Below, piece by piece: positions 26,201 to 41,175 of a stretch of DNA of 64,000 nucleotides. Within the stretch, counting starts at the first letter, position 1. Each line of letters starts with the position of its first letter. Made by a program: the position numbers and the translations under genes. The notes beneath the pieces were generated by a model. The model saw nothing but the letters and a program-made list of their open reading frames with translations, did not search any database and had not been told where the DNA came from. The stretch is from Bigelowiella natans CCMP2755 (lineage: Eukaryota > Protista > Cercozoa), in assembly GCA_000320545.1 (NCBI GenBank), contig ADNK01001817.1:62001-126000 (forward strand), in the 5' to 3' direction.

Positions 26201-27150
26201 GAATTGATAGTAGTCGATGATTTGGAAGGTTGCTGAGCCAGCTGCGCTTGGATCGGGGTTGCTGGTCCTTGCGTGGATGGGGCTGTAAAGAACATCGGTG
26301 AGGCTGCAGGTCTGTTTTGGTTAATGAAATTGAGCAGATAGACATCCATCTTGCCGCCACGAATGCCTGAAGTTTCAGTCTCAAAGATCTGGATGCGATC
26401 TTTGTACTGCCTGATGATCTGCTCCAGCTCCTGCTGACGACGTCCGCGCAACTGCTGGTTCACGTGCCTTGTCATCTTGGACAGGTTGCCTGGGGAAGAG
26501 TGAAAAGAAAGGAGGAGGGAGGAAATTTACAATTCCGCGTTTGTGTATTTAACTCAACGACTGTCGACCTGCTCAGGATTTTGCTTGCTTACATGTATAT
26601 GGAATAAAAAGGCTGATCTGCACGACGACTCCTACTAATTATTACCCGAGTTGATGCTCCCAATGTTGACCTTCGACTCTTTCAGGAGCTGGATGAAGCG
26701 AAGTTGGCACACCTACCCAGATCATTATATCTTAAAGGGCCAGAAGAGAGGTTTCCTCGTGCGCGGGCTCTAATTTAGTATTTGCAACAACCTGTGCCGT
26801 GTAGAAGGTGGAGGCATCGCGGCGGAAGGCCTTCTCCCTTAGATTCTGTGCCACCTTATCCCAGTCTACTTTGACTGATCCAGCGCTACCATCATCGTCT
26901 ATTGAAACAAGAAACTGGAATTAAAGCAGCAACATTCCTGGCTTTGCAACGAGAGTAGTGCGGTTGCACTACTACTCTTGGCTCACTTGACGAATCTAAA
27001 ATCGTGAAGAAGGGTAATAAGCTATCGTGTTACACAACTACCTTGAGGTCCAGTAAAGCAGAGATACACAGCCTCAGTTAGCACTATTAGTTCGGGAACA
27101 GTCCAAAGTGGAAGGACGTACTCTGTTCGCGAGTTAGCGGCCGCCGCCAT
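23284..27150 (-). CDS. BRD8-like chromatin protein: N-terminal SANT-like/coiled coil, MBD-like segment, AP2/ERF DNA-binding domain, degenerate C-terminal bromodomain
   Basis: Spliced N-terminus LWTVPELIVLTEAV..DWDKVAQNLR..FYTAQVCQLRFIQLL..RQQELEQII..IRGGKMD. AP2 domain FTGVYSTKSNRWQAKISRNGTLEHLGTFSTQEEAARAWD..PLNFP. Bromodomain-like LGEIWRMISESKLANALLEP..VAQRIKSGELKSLQAF..HDAARELDRFVVEKV. Confidence 0.75.
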
Positions 27151-27689
27151 TGTTTCGCTTTGGCGTGCCAATTCCGAGAATTGTGCAATCCACGGGAATT
27201 TCTCTCTACGACAAACAAAACGTGGCTTCTCGCAACAATTTCATTCCAGGAGGGAATTTGGAATAGTTCTTCGAAGTTATTGGGATGTAAAAAGTCCTGT
27301 GACTAATGATTACGATGTAGAATACAAGGCAAGTTTTATGATATGTGATAATTTTGGGAATTAATTAATTTTTAGGTAGTTGATGGTATATCGATGCACC
27401 CAGCAGTACATACATGTTTTATTCAAAATAATGTTCAAGTTCGGTTCAAACCGCTGAATGATTAAAAGTCAATGCCCAGAAAGATAGACAGATAAGTTGA
27501 TAGATCCATTGGGGAAATAACGAATAATAATAGCCAAAACATGCGACTACTAGTACTATGTGTAATAATAATGATGATGATGCTGACAACTGATTGAAAG
27601 ACGAGAGAAAATGTCGGTTATAATTGGGGCAGGAACATTACCTAGTAGGAACCAACTAATTTAATTCGTTCGACCCACCAATCTGCCCC

Positions 27690-29588
27690 ATGCTGGCAGC
27701 CGGGGCTTCCCTAGCAAAAAGGGCGAAGCTCAAAGGCGGGGGAAACATTGCCTTTGGTACGAGAGACACACTCATCCTCCAGAGCGGTCGTGCAGATTGT
27801 GTAAGACGTTCTAGCTTTGGACGCTTGGGCCCTGGCTGCTCTCCATCAGCCTCGAGTACTGCGACGACGTCATTTCACCGTCGTCGTTGCTACGTTCACC
27901 ATATTCACGGATGCTCAAGTCCATCGAAGCCTTCGCTCGACGAAGACATAGCATTGGGCTACGATCCGGTTGAGATTTCAACCTTTGATTATATTTACAT
28001 TAGTGGCGAGCCATTGAGCGAGGGAATTGTCTCTCGTACGATGTTTTTATTGACGGCCTTCACGCTCGGGGCAACACCCCTTTTTCCAGAATCTCTCTAA
28101 CACTTTCCCAACATGGCTGATATCGATTTACTGTGTCGCTCAGCTATGGCTACATCTAGAAAAACAGCACCCTGGTATTGTTTTCTTACATGGCGATGTT
28201 TGTTTTCCACTCTGATGCTAGATATCGGTTGAGGATTACTGGTATGAATGGTGGGAGTCGCGTGGTTATTTTATGCCGACGATGCCCAACATACCTGAGG
28301 GCGCTGAATCTCTTGAGGCAACATTCTCGATGATCCTGCCACCGCCCAACGTTACGGGCACCCTCCACATTGGCCACGCGTACGTCCCAATTTGTGCCAC
28401 TTACACATATGTTTGTGACCGCGCGTGCTTGGTGTTCGCTTCATCCACTACAATTTCTCATTTTTATTCGTCTTGTCGTAACTATTGTATTGTTGGCATC
28501 GTTGGGGTGTTATGAGCTCATTCCTTATCCTTATGCCACTTGGTGTCAGATTGACATGCACTCTCCAGGATGTCCTGGCCCGTTATCATCGTATGAAGGG
28601 AGTGCCTACTGTGTGGGTGCCAGGTGACGATAATGATGATGATGATGATGATGATGATAGTCACGGTCAAAAGGAGAGGGAGTGTTTTGGCCGTAGTATT
28701 GGAGAGTGAGGAGGTGTGACGCAGTTGGTTGGATGGTGGCGAGAGTAGTAAGTAAGTATGAAATAAAACGAGTGCGAAAAGATGCGAAAATCTTGACACA
28801 CGATATTTGCAACGGCACAACCATCAGGCTTAGACCATGCAGGCATCGCTACGCAGAGTGTTGTAGAGAAACGAATCTTTAGAGAGGTAATAATATGCTG
28901 CTACACAAGGCGGGAAAGGGATGATGAAGCCTTGCCCCTATGCTACTACAGCTCATGATTCTATATGTATTTTGTATATCTCTATAATTCGAATGCGTGG
29001 GTGTGTGCGAGCGTATGTATTTGTATCCGTATTTGCATTTTTCAGCAGGATTAAAAAAAACGCAATAAACCTCTTCTATATCACACGAACGGCACACCAA
29101 CGTACATGCATGCATATAATGTGCGCTGGCACGCAACAGAGTGGCGAGACTCGACACGATTTGGGGAGGGAGGAACTTGTTAGGCGGATATGGTCATCAA
29201 AACATTCTTAATCATTGTTGTCGTTAGCTTTGGTCTCTTTTTAACATTCTCTCGAGGTTGGGTATTTTGGAATGATTTTCCACCCCTTCGATTTGACGTA
29301 GTATTTCCTTTTTGAGAACGATGCAAGGAATCATTATAGTATAAATTAAGTCGTATTTCCTATGGAACAGTACGTAGCAGTATCGATGGTTGATCGTTTT
29401 TAGTCCTGTGAGGAGGAGGAGGAAGAGGAGGAGGAGGAGAAACACCTCTTAGCATACGAATTTACTTATTAATAATGGCAGGGAGTATTCAATTTGTTCC
29501 ATAGTATTTTGTACATCCTCTGTTTATCATTCCATGAAATGGGGTATCCGTACATGTATACATACATATATTCACACATTTATCATCT

Positions 29589-29638
<50 letters not shown>

Positions 29639-30459
29639 TATGGCCATTTGAGTGTGACTCCGTCTGCTATGTGTATACGTGTGTCTGTGTATTAGGGAAT
29701 GGAAGGATACCCACGGAGGTCGACATAATTTCCCATTGCGATTTCGAAATACTTCAAGTAATTTCTGTCTTCGCTTCTGAGCTTTGATTTATGCACAGGC
29801 AAAATCAAGGAACAACTACGTCGATTGGGATCCTCTCTGGACTGGTCACAAGAGGTATCATCAACAATATTGTTTCCGCTACTGATATGCTAAATAAAGA
29901 GCGACGAGAGAGAAAGAGAGATGGAGAGAGAGGGAGCTTGGAGAACTGCCTCATGCACGATCAAAGACCTACCGTTGGTGGCTGCTTGATGGAGATCGTG
30001 ATCCAATGTTTGTTGTTGTTTGTGTTGTTAATGTTGTTTTAGTTGTTATTGTTGTTGTTGTCGTTGTTGTCCCTACTACTACAGCTACTTGACTATCCGC
30101 CGTCCTTTACTACTAACAGGTTTTTACTCTCGATGAGGCAGCGAGCGAGGCGGTAGTAGTGCAAAACAGTAGATCATACTCACTAAAAGCTAATTACACA
30201 TCTCTGCTTCAATTTAATGCAGAGTACGAGGCTCAGATACCTCCTTGCTATGATTTTAATTTTCAACAAAATCAATGCCATAGTACCTTTTATACGACAA
30301 CGTAATCGCCAATGAAGGATAATAACTTGTCGAGTTTTCAAAACAAAACATCATCATCAGAATTTGATGAAGATGTTTACTTTCAATGTTCTACTACGCT
30401 ATTAGGTCGCAGAGGCATTTGTCAAGTTGTACGACGCCGGTTGCATCTTTTATATTATC

Positions 30460-30501
<42 letters not shown>

Positions 30502-31619
30502 TTGTTGTTGTTGTCGTACTTACGGTTTTATTGAGGCTATGAGCAATCTTTACTATTTTGTGGATAATTATTATAAGAATACTATTGCGACCATCACGAT
30601 TATCATTATCGTTATCATCAACCCTAATATCATCATCATCATCATTATGATTCTTTTTCTACTCGATTGCATAGGGTTGATATATCGATCAAGACGACTC
30701 GTAAACTGGTGTGTATGCGTAACTGAAGGCGTCTAATGGAGTGCCTTCCAGTCTCTCTCATTCTCTCTCCTTCTTCCCCCCTTCACCTTTTTCTCCTTTT
30801 ATTTTATCTCTTCTTCTCTTCATATCGCTGGATATACATACTTATAAATATATACATGCAGACGCGTTCCTGATACTTACCGTTTGAAAAACATAAAGGT
30901 GTCCATGGCTTCGGACCGCGCTGTCGGACATCGAAACTGAACCGATCGATTTAGGTTTTGAAGAAAGAGAGGATAAGTAGGGAGGGAGAGGGTGTGATGG
31001 CGTGAAATATCTGTTTAGCTTTCTTCCTTACACATATCGCAGAGTACTATCTTTGTCATCATCATCATTATCATCATTACTTCTATAAATACCTCTGTCA
31101 TCATCATCATTATCATCATCATCAGTATCGCCATAACACCCTCCTCCTCCTCCTCCTCCTCCTCCTCCTCCTGCTGCTGCTGCTGCTGCTACTACCAGAT
31201 GGTCCAACAAAACTTGCTTTGCCAGGGATTAAGCGAAAGGTGGTTATGAGTCGTCGTATTCTGTAAGCAGCATCGTGAGTACTGCGTTTGTAGATATCCT
31301 CCCACATTGCATTGTCGTCACCTTTTCATACAGTATTCAAAACAATGATCATATACGCGCTCAGAACACAACACGGACATATTCATGTACATTTATCAAT
31401 TTTGTCTCATTTATTTTTCCTTTTCTGATTTACGACAAACACACCATCATCAATTTACCACAGGTTGAATTCGGAAAATTGGAAAAGTTTGCGTACAAAG
31501 TCGATCCTCATCATCCTTCGATAACAACTCCCAATGATGCTGCTGCCGGCAACACAGAAAGCCATGCCGTCTCCATACCCGACGAGCTGGTATGTATGTG
31601 TGTGCATCACCCATTATAA

Positions 31620-31684
<65 letters not shown>

Positions 31685-32395
31685 ATATGTATCACCACTG
31701 ATGCATGATCTTTGTCTCCCTCGTCTTCTTCTTATTATTTTCTTGGTATAGGTGGTGGCGACGACACGACCAGAGACGCTCTTCGGTGATACCGCAGTTG
31801 CCGTACATCCAGGTGTGTGTCGACTCATTCATCCAAGATGGTGAATCGTGCATATATGTCATGTTGTAAGAGCATTGATTTTAACGTATTTTGTGGAATG
31901 GCGTTGAACCAAAAAAGGTGTTTAGATCGTAAATTTATTCGTGATATGCCAGATCGTTCGGGGGAGGGGGGAAGGGGGGGGAGGGGGGGGACTCAAATAT
32001 CCATGTCATGCGACACTGAAAGCCTCGTTGCAAGTAAATTGTTCTTGAAGAACAAACATCATTGGGTTTTTAGTAGAACAAACTGCGATGATGAAGATAC
32101 ACGATGAATAGATTCCTTACATAACCGATATCCTAAATTCATATTCGTGCTTTTAAAACTCCATATCTATATAATATGTTGTGACAAATTATAGATGATC
32201 CTCGGTACAAAGGTGTTCATGGAAAATACGTTATCCAACCTCTTACAGGCACGTCACGATCCTTCATACTTGTTATAAATTGACATATGCTATTACGCAA
32301 ACAAGAATCCCATACACTGCTGCAAAAGTTTATTTTCGTTGCAAAGAAGGAGAGAGCATTAATAGCAAATATCCTCACATAGGGGGTTGTGTGTG

Positions 32396-32433
<38 letters not shown>

Positions 32434-34116
32434 CTTTCTCTTTTCCAGTGAGTGTGTGTGTGTCAACTGTTTTACTCATATATGAAGGATGAACAAATAC
32501 ACACTACTTACTCCACAGGTCGACGTATTCCAGTTGTTGTTGATGCAAAGCTCGTAGATATGGAAAAAGGTGTTTCTCTACCTTCCGTCTTGATGATACT
32601 CAGAAGAAGACCATATCGAAATACTGCTAGTAATAATATGAAAAGGCGAGAAGAAGGATGGAGCGTTTGATTCACAAATTAGAGTAGTCGTTTTCCCTCT
32701 TGATTGTCGTACTGTTTTTTCCCCCATTTTCGCTCCTCCTCCTCCTCATTGCCTTGTTTGGTTGAATCTCCTCTTCTTTACCAGGTACTGGAGTAGTGAA
32801 AATCACACCAGGTAGTACGTACGCCGATCATCACATCTCCGTCAATAAGTATTATATCCCTGTGGAGTTTCGAGCGTTTCCTCTGTTTCCTCTGGTTGTG
32901 AGAATATATGTGATTATCAGTATATGTAATATATTATTGTCGTCGTGCTTGCTTGTGCCCTCATTTGTGACAAATGTGATTGGCTATGACGACGACCAAA
33001 AGGACACGATCCGAACGACTATGACTGTGGGATAAGGTATGAAATAATGAATCGTATGGCTGATGCTGCTGCTGCAATCCTGAATAGCCACCTCAACAAT
33101 ATCCTCCTCCTTCTTCTTTGATCCTCTTCTTTCCTTACGGTGGAGGAGACAGCACAGTATTAACCCTTTCCCCTCCTCCTCCTTTAAAGGCACGATCTGG
33201 AGATTATTGACATTATAAATGACGACGGAACACTCACACACCACGCAGGTGAGATGGGACTACTACTACTACTACTACTACTACTACTGCTACTGCTACT
33301 ACCACTACCAGTACCACTACCACTACCACTACTATGTGCACATATATACCTATTAAGTATTCGTTTATTGTTCTTCATCCATTGGTTTTTAGTAGTAGTA
33401 TTAGCAGCAATAGTTCGGTTCTCCTCTATGATAGTGTCGTCTTCCATGAGAAATCATTTATCATCTAGTCTTTTTCATCATCATCATCATCATCATCATC
33501 GTTATCAGCATCCTTCTCCTCCTTCCGGACCTCTCCTCTTTCTTCTTCTTTCAATCTCTAACCCTCCCAGGGCCTGCATTCCATGGACGCAACCGGCTAG
33601 AAGCTCGATGGGATATTGTCAAGGCTCTCAAGGATAACGGCCACTATCGGGGTTTCGACGATATGCAACAGAGGCAAGCAAGCAAATGACATAGAATATC
33701 CAAAAAAACTTGTGGCAAAGAGGAAGAGAACAAGGATTATAATTGTGTACTTATGGAAGTATATCATATGTATATATTTATTGCATATATGTATATGTGT
33801 CACGCTTTCTCAAAGTTATGAATAGCAGCAGACAGCGGGTTCCGAATCTCCCTTCACAACCTCCTCTGATCTGTTCTCGCAATAACAACAACAGGGTTAC
33901 GGTGTGTTCCCGATCTGGCGATGTCATCGAGCCCCGCATCAAGCCGCAATGGTTTGTAGATTGCAGTCAAATGGCTGCGGACGCTCTTAGCGTGCAGAAG
34001 GAAATGGGAGTTCTGAAGGTTGTGATGACTCTATGGGGTGGTTGTCAGTGTTGATGATGATGACGACGATAATGATGAATCTGTGTCGTTGTGCTTTTAG
34101 AGATGGTAGTAATAGT

Positions 34117-34150
<34 letters not shown>

Positions 34151-34358
34151 AAATTAGCTGTACCCTCTGGGATCCTACGACAAGCTGTGGGAACACTGGC
34201 TGTCTGACTCACGAGATTGGTAATCATTTCGATAAATAATAAAATGGAATAGAGAGGAGGGACTCGAGGGAGGGGGAGAGATAGTGATGGTGGTAATATC
34301 GGCTTCTAAAAAAGCACATGTTGCATCGGATTAAAACATATATAAAAATATAATATAT

Positions 34359-34398
<40 letters not shown>

Positions 34399-35266
34399 CT
34401 GATGTGCATCAAAGGTGTGTGTCACGACAACTGTGGTGGGGCCACCGCATACCGGCCTATGAAGTCTCCTCTGCCAAGAATGGAGAGAAAGAAAACATCG
34501 GAGAGCAGGAAACTTATTGGGTGGTTGGAAGAAATGAGGAAGAGGTCGGTTAGGAAGGAATGATGAGCCTTGATTCTCCATCTACTTAATGCTGTTGTCG
34601 TTTGCACACACGCAACGTTTGAATTGTGTATATTTTATGGTCTACCAGGATGGTGCTCTATAGAACAATGCTGCTCATAAATCCAACTCGTCTCTTTTTT
34701 TAGGCACGCGCACGAGCATCTCGTGATCTCAATATACCAGAAGAGGACGTTGTTCTTCGCCAGGTTGTTCTCAGCGGAAGGGGGGGGGGGGGGGCACTTA
34801 TTTCTCATGTTCTAGCTGTGATACGATAGTAAGGATAATTGATTGAGTGAGGATAATCGCTGCTGCAAGGATACAGTACGGACAGTGGTTGTTGATGATA
34901 AGGGGCGTGGAATTATTATAAAGCAAAAGCAAGAGAACAAAGGGAGGAGGAGCTCGATAATACCAACATCATCATAATCATCATGATTTGTTAATTCTGG
35001 GATGTTGTGCTTGGATTTATACCGCTATTATTATAAGGACCCTGACGTATTAGACACATGGTTCTCTTCCGGGCTCTTCCCTATCGTCTGTTTCGGATGG
35101 CCGCACAAAGACCCGAGGTGATTGACGAGTAACGGAGAAAGAGAGGGGGGGGGAGAGAAGAGGGGCCAAAGGTTTACGAGGGTATTTGTCCCTTGTATAC
35201 TTCCCATGTCAGTTCAAACTCATCGTTGATGGTTATCACTGTTGCGTTTTACGTGCAATGCAATCA

Positions 35267-35301
<35 letters not shown>

Positions 35302-35956
35302 ATAGGCTCTTCTATGTATACATATTGCTGGGATGCTGGTGCTGCTGCATGCTGCAGCGCCTGATTTTCAAACACTCACTGACTCATAATCCAGAGAATC
35401 TGGGTTTTATCCCCTTTCCGTTCTTGAGACCGGCAGCGATATTCTCTTCTTCTGGGTTGCTCGCATGGTTATGCTTTGCACGTGTCTTCTTCAAGGGCCG
35501 GTGAAGGAGGGTGCGAAGGGAAGCGAACATGCACGCAATCACCGTGCAATGTATAGAAAGGGAGGAGGAGTGGAGGCGGAGAGAGGGGTCAGAGGCACTT
35601 CGAGATGTAGTGATATCGATCCTGGTAGTAGCAGTAGCAGCAGCAGTAGCAGCAGCGATAAAGGGGAGGAAAGGAAGAAGTTGCTGAAAAAGCGGCTCTC
35701 ATCCTCCTCCTCCTCCTCGTCATCGTCATCATCATCATCGTCGTCGTCGTGCTCAAATCCCGATCATTTTTACTACGGAGATGATGTACCCCCTCCTCCC
35801 TTCGAAAACGTGTTCTTGCACCCAATGGTGAGGGATGCGCAAGGAAGAAAGATGTCAAAGGTAAAAGGTCAATAAGGGGACAAGAAGAGGAGGAAGAAGA
35901 AGGGGAGGAGGAGGAGGAGGAGGAGGCGGCGAGAACTCTAAGAGACCACAACACAT

Positions 35957-35999
<43 letters not shown>

Positions 36000-36191
36000 C
36001 CATCGGCTAGACTCGCATTTTCTCCTTGCATCACTGTCTACAAGTAAATCACACTGGAAATGTGGAGTTTGAGGTTTTTCGTCAGTCATCGTTGTGATAT
36101 CATCGCTTAATTGTCAGTCACTGGGCAATGTAGTTGATCCTACAGATATGATCGAAGGGAAGGTACTCTATCACACGTGCACACCTACACA

Positions 36192-36232
<41 letters not shown>

Positions 36233-36397
36233 ATATGAAATAAACGTGAAATGTGTTTGTGTGTGTGTGTGTGCTGTTTATCAAACTGTCGGGAAAATCC
36301 GCAAACTCGATGTCGTTGTCGTTGTTCCTCCTCCTCCTCCTCCTCCTCCTCCTCCTCCTATCGTTCGTTCCTTCCTAATTGTTTCTTTTCCCTCCTT

Positions 36398-36430
<33 letters not shown>

Positions 36431-39400
36431 CCCTCTGTTGTTCCTGTCTCCATCCTTCCATTCTTTTCTTAAGGCATTGGATCTGCTCATCGAAAGCGTA
36501 GCTGAAGGTCGATATTCGATCGTTCTTTTTCCCTCTGTGTGCGTGGCGAGGCGAATAATTGGTCGCTGCTGTCAAGGAACTTTACCAACAAAACATCTGC
36601 ACATGTGAGCGAGATGTTGAGAATGCAACTTCTACGTCTGTTTCCCCGTTTGTCTTCTTCTTCTTCTTCTTCTTCTTCTTCTTCTTCTTCTATATCTCAG
36701 GAAATATAGACGAAAAGGAGCGTAAGGTAGCTATCAAGGCACTCAGAAAGGTTATTCTCACCCTCCTCCTGTTGTTCTTACCCAGAATTCTCTCTTTTTC
36801 ACCATATCTCCTTTTGGTATTATTTTTTATCCCCCTTCATACCTAACTCTCTTGTCGCTGTATGAAGGACTTTCCCAAAGGAATTCCTGAGTGCGGAACT
36901 GATGGTGTCAGGTGGTGAAATGACATAATATGAATGCACAATCGTGTTCGTTCACAAAGAAACGATGGTATGATGTGACTGTCCTTAATACTCATTTATT
37001 ATGGTACTACAACTACTACCTACTACTACTATTACTCCTCCTCAACAAGATTCGCACTATGCGCCTACATGGCCCAGGGCGACAAGATCAACCTCGATAT
37101 TACTCGTGTGCAGAATTATAGGTGGTACCAGCAGTTGTTTTAACGTTGTTGTCTGAGTATGGAAAGCGTATTCCATCGATGATGAAGATAGATGATGATA
37201 GCTCTGGGCGGTCGATAACCATAATCGTACTACTGTGCACATATTTGTTTAGATTTCTCTGCAACAAGCTGTGGCAAGCATCCAAATTTGTATTCTCAGC
37301 GATAATGGTGAACAAGGAGCAAATTTCGAGAAACGATGATAGTCAACCATCAAAGGAGGACAACAGCGAAATAGATGGAAATCAGCTTCATATTCGCCCA
37401 CCTTCAGCGGACGTAGGATTAGAAGAAGAAGGTGTCGGTCATCTTCCGGAAAGATGGATTCTCATACGTCTCTCACGCTGTGTTGTGAAAGTTCGGTAAT
37501 ATCATGTGATAGATAGACACCATCCCTTGATTGTGCTACAGCTTGCACGTAAATCTTTGCTCAGCTCTGATGAACATGCATTTGTCTACACTGTTGGAGA
37601 AGTCTTCAATAAAATCGTGCCTCGTGTTGTAATTACGATGGGAGGGATGCTAGGGCGTATCTGCCTGTCATATGTGAGCTCATAATATTATCTTTTATCG
37701 TTGTTGCTCATCATCCTCTTTGTGATGTTTGTTTGGTTGGTGTTGTTTGTCGTCATTTCGACCATCCTTATACCATATAGAGACGCGATTGACAAGTACA
37801 AGTTCTCAGACGCTACCTCGTCTCTTCATGTCATGTGTTATTGTAGTCATCATTGAGGAGGAGGAGGAGGAGGAGGAGGAGGAGGAGAGGAAGGGGGGAG
37901 GATTTCATTTGCTTGAACAAAACAAAAAAGACGTTCAAAAACAGATTTTGTTAGCGATAGATTCTATTGTGCCTTCGTTATTTATCGTTAAAACACCACA
38001 TTCTACGTGTTGGACTAAAACTCTTCCCGTTCATCATCAGTCGTTCATGGTGTCGGAATTCTGTGATGTGTACATCGAGCTTGCAAAATCCAAGTTGAGG
38101 AGGTGATATCTGTCTTTGCCAGAGCGATAAAAAGAGATAGGAGGGAGGCAGATATGTATGAGTAGTAGCGCTCCTTGCGAATGCTAAGTTATAAGAAATG
38201 ACGACGTGAACATGCATAGTTGCTGACCTTCTCGGACAAGCCCGCTTTTCCTAAAAAATAATATATTTTCTTTTTAAATCGGACCTGTTCCATAATGAAT
38301 GATTGCTTCGAGAACCCCACAAAACTACCAAGTTCATACGCATCAGATTTATCAACCATTTGCTACCTACTGTACTGTTCTTGTAGTGACATTAAGGAGG
38401 AGCGTGCTCTAGCTACAGGGACTCTGGCAACGGTTCTGGAAACGCTTTTGAGGCTGTTGCATCCCTTTATGGTATTAAAACATACTATGTAAGTAAGTAG
38501 TAGTATCAGTACTATACTTACATACATGTGGTATTATTGTAGATTGTATTATTTTCTTTCTTCCTTTTTCCCCCCCACCCCATCCCTCTCTAATAATTCC
38601 TTTCTTCCATTATTTTATTGTCCACGGTTAAAAGAGACAAAAGAATGTTGAGGATCTTGCATCTGGTTGATACTGCTGTTTAAATGCTTATCGTTACTTT
38701 TATGCAGCCGTTTGTGACAGAGGAGCTCTGGCAGCGACTGAAACGCATTACTGGTTGAAATGAATGAAATTCTGTGCATATGAATGTATGAATACATGAC
38801 TGAATACTAACAAAAGTTCAGTACACATTGGTATCTTTTGTAATATGCTTTACGTTCAAATTCAACCACCCCCCCCCACACACACACACACACACAATAT
38901 ATGTATAAAATCAAGGTGGATTCTCTGATCCTGGAGTCCCAAGTAGAGCATACTCCTCTTCTCCTTTAAATAATTTTGAGCTTCAGCAGCCACCAGACTC
39001 AATTATGGTCGCATCATATCCGGAACCATGCTACGATATTCTTGGGTCCGAAAACACTGGTATTTGCGATGACGATAAGAATGGAGCTACTGGTGACCCG
39101 GGCGTCGAGGAAATAATGGGTTGGAAAAACTGATATAGTGTACTTCGCATTCCAGCAAAATAATGTGATCAGATGCATTTGCAACATAATACGCTCACGC
39201 TTAATAATACCCATACCCACACTCACAGCCATACACATGTACTTACGCGCACACAAGCACATCATACGTTCATACGTATAGTTCTACTTTCATTTTAAAA
39301 AAATATGCTCTTCTTATATGTTATTTCTCTGGCTTACATCCATTTGGTTGACTCTGCCCAGCTGATATTCTTGGCACCCTGTTGCTGATAAGAAGGTCGC

Positions 39401-40199
39401 TCGCTCCTACATGAGTGTGACTGTATGCGCGTGTGTGGTCAAAGATAAGAAGTACCATGATGAAACGTTCCAATATGTTCTTGAATGATGCTTGCTTTGC
39501 TCTGTTATCGTGCTTCTTACTCACAGCACACTGTCAAATTAAATCATTACACGAACATTTTGACTGTTTGAAAAATTGGCGATTTGTCCAGTACATGGTA
39601 GAGTTTCCGTCATTGGAATATTTCACGAGTATTCTGGTTCCCGTTATTATGTTGTAGCTCGCAAGATCAGTTCCGAAAACATCTGGAACCAAACTGCCCG
39701 TTTGTCCTTTACATTCCCCATCGGGTAGCAAGCAACCAGCAGTAGTAGCACTATAGTGTAGAGGATCGTATAGTGAAGAAATAGTAATGCTCTCTGTTAT
39801 CGTAAGACCCACTTCTCACAAATGGCAGAGGCAAGCAGACGACATGTGCAAAGTGTGCATTGTATCTTGCCGATTCTAGTACAGTTGCACGGAAAATCAT
39901 AAAAATGAAGTGTGCATCGTTTTGTACAAGACGTTTAGTTTGTATTTGCTGCGTGGCACTCATGACTCCTACCCTTAGTTGCCGTACGTCCGAAAGGCTC
40001 TACCGCTCCTCCAATCTCAGGTCGTTGTTGATAACTAAAGCCAGGAAAGCGAGAGGGGATGCGTGTAGGAAAGGAGAGGGGGTTGCGTGGTGGGAAGTGG
40101 GATGGATAGATAGATAAAAAGATGGGTATGGCTGAATAAAAATAAATGAGAAGCAATCAGGTGATGATTGATGAGGAGGGGACAATACAATGTAGCACA

Positions 40200-40233
<34 letters not shown>

Positions 40234-41129
40234 GTCAAAGTAAACTTGGTACTCGCCAAGGAGGAGGAGGTCACTCTCGGGGAGAAAAGAACAATCGTGC
40301 GTGCGGCGGAGCAGGTTGTGCTGCTTACTTCCTCTCTGACCCTGCCTTGGGGATGATGTGACACGTTTGATGAGCGAAGAATACTCTAATTCCTATCAGT
40401 CTGGTGTTCGCGTCGCGTTCCGTTTAGCTTACTCGGAGCATATCGAAGAGGATATCCGCGCGGTCAGTTACGCATGTCCCTACCCCGAGCTGTTCCACCG
40501 TTTTTTTATCTCTGGCACTTTTCATCGTTGATCGGGACCATCTCACCAACCATTCCTCACACCACTCTGCTGTTTCTTCGGTTGTATCCTCCTGCCCCTT
40601 CTCCCCCTCTTCCTATTTCTACTAACAGATTGAAAAGAGACTAAATAAGGCAGTGACTTCAGAACAGCGTTTGAAAGAACAGATGGAAAAACCAGGGTAT
40701 ACATACGATATGATCATATCATCAGCTACAGTGCACATATCTAATGTCGTGACAATCGTTAAAGTCATATATGGCTTTCGTTTTTGAGAGTTCATGTTCT
40801 TGTGTATAACCACACATGTACATGTATCAATATGAATCGAAGATGAACAATGACCAATAATTTTTGTACTGCGAGAGGTGCATCGCATTTGTAGGTGTTT
40901 TCACTGTAGTGTTAGCAATTTAGAGTTGTTCTTGATGACATTAACTGTTGGTTCTCTTCCTGTTTTGTTTGGGGTGTGCAAGATATGCCGAGAAAACACC
41001 TCGGAATATAGTTGATAAAAAAATCAAAGCTCTTGATGACTTTCAGGTGCCATTCTCTCATTTATTCATACCAATTTTCTTATTAATATTGGTACTTACC
41101 TTGCCTGCCAAGTTTACAATATCATATTG

Positions 41130-41175
<46 letters not shown>

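Noticed and set aside
719-27150. CHD1, Ku70 and BRD8-like as a chromatin/repair gene cluster
   Set aside because: They are interleaved with unrelated genes, which is compatible with chance.
30899-30954. Suspected frameshift in a ValRS exon
   Set aside because: On re-reading the frame is intact ([10 protein letters not shown]|DGPTKL).
35500-35780. Ser-rich ~90-aa insertion before the ValRS KMSKS motif
   Set aside because: It is more likely a stop-free microsatellite-rich intron than coding sequence. cDNA is needed to decide.
28518-40361. Numerous small ORFs with poly-V/C, I/Y, E/R or L/S tracts, and antisense ORFs over real genes
   Set aside because: These are translations of intronic microsatellites or shadow frames.
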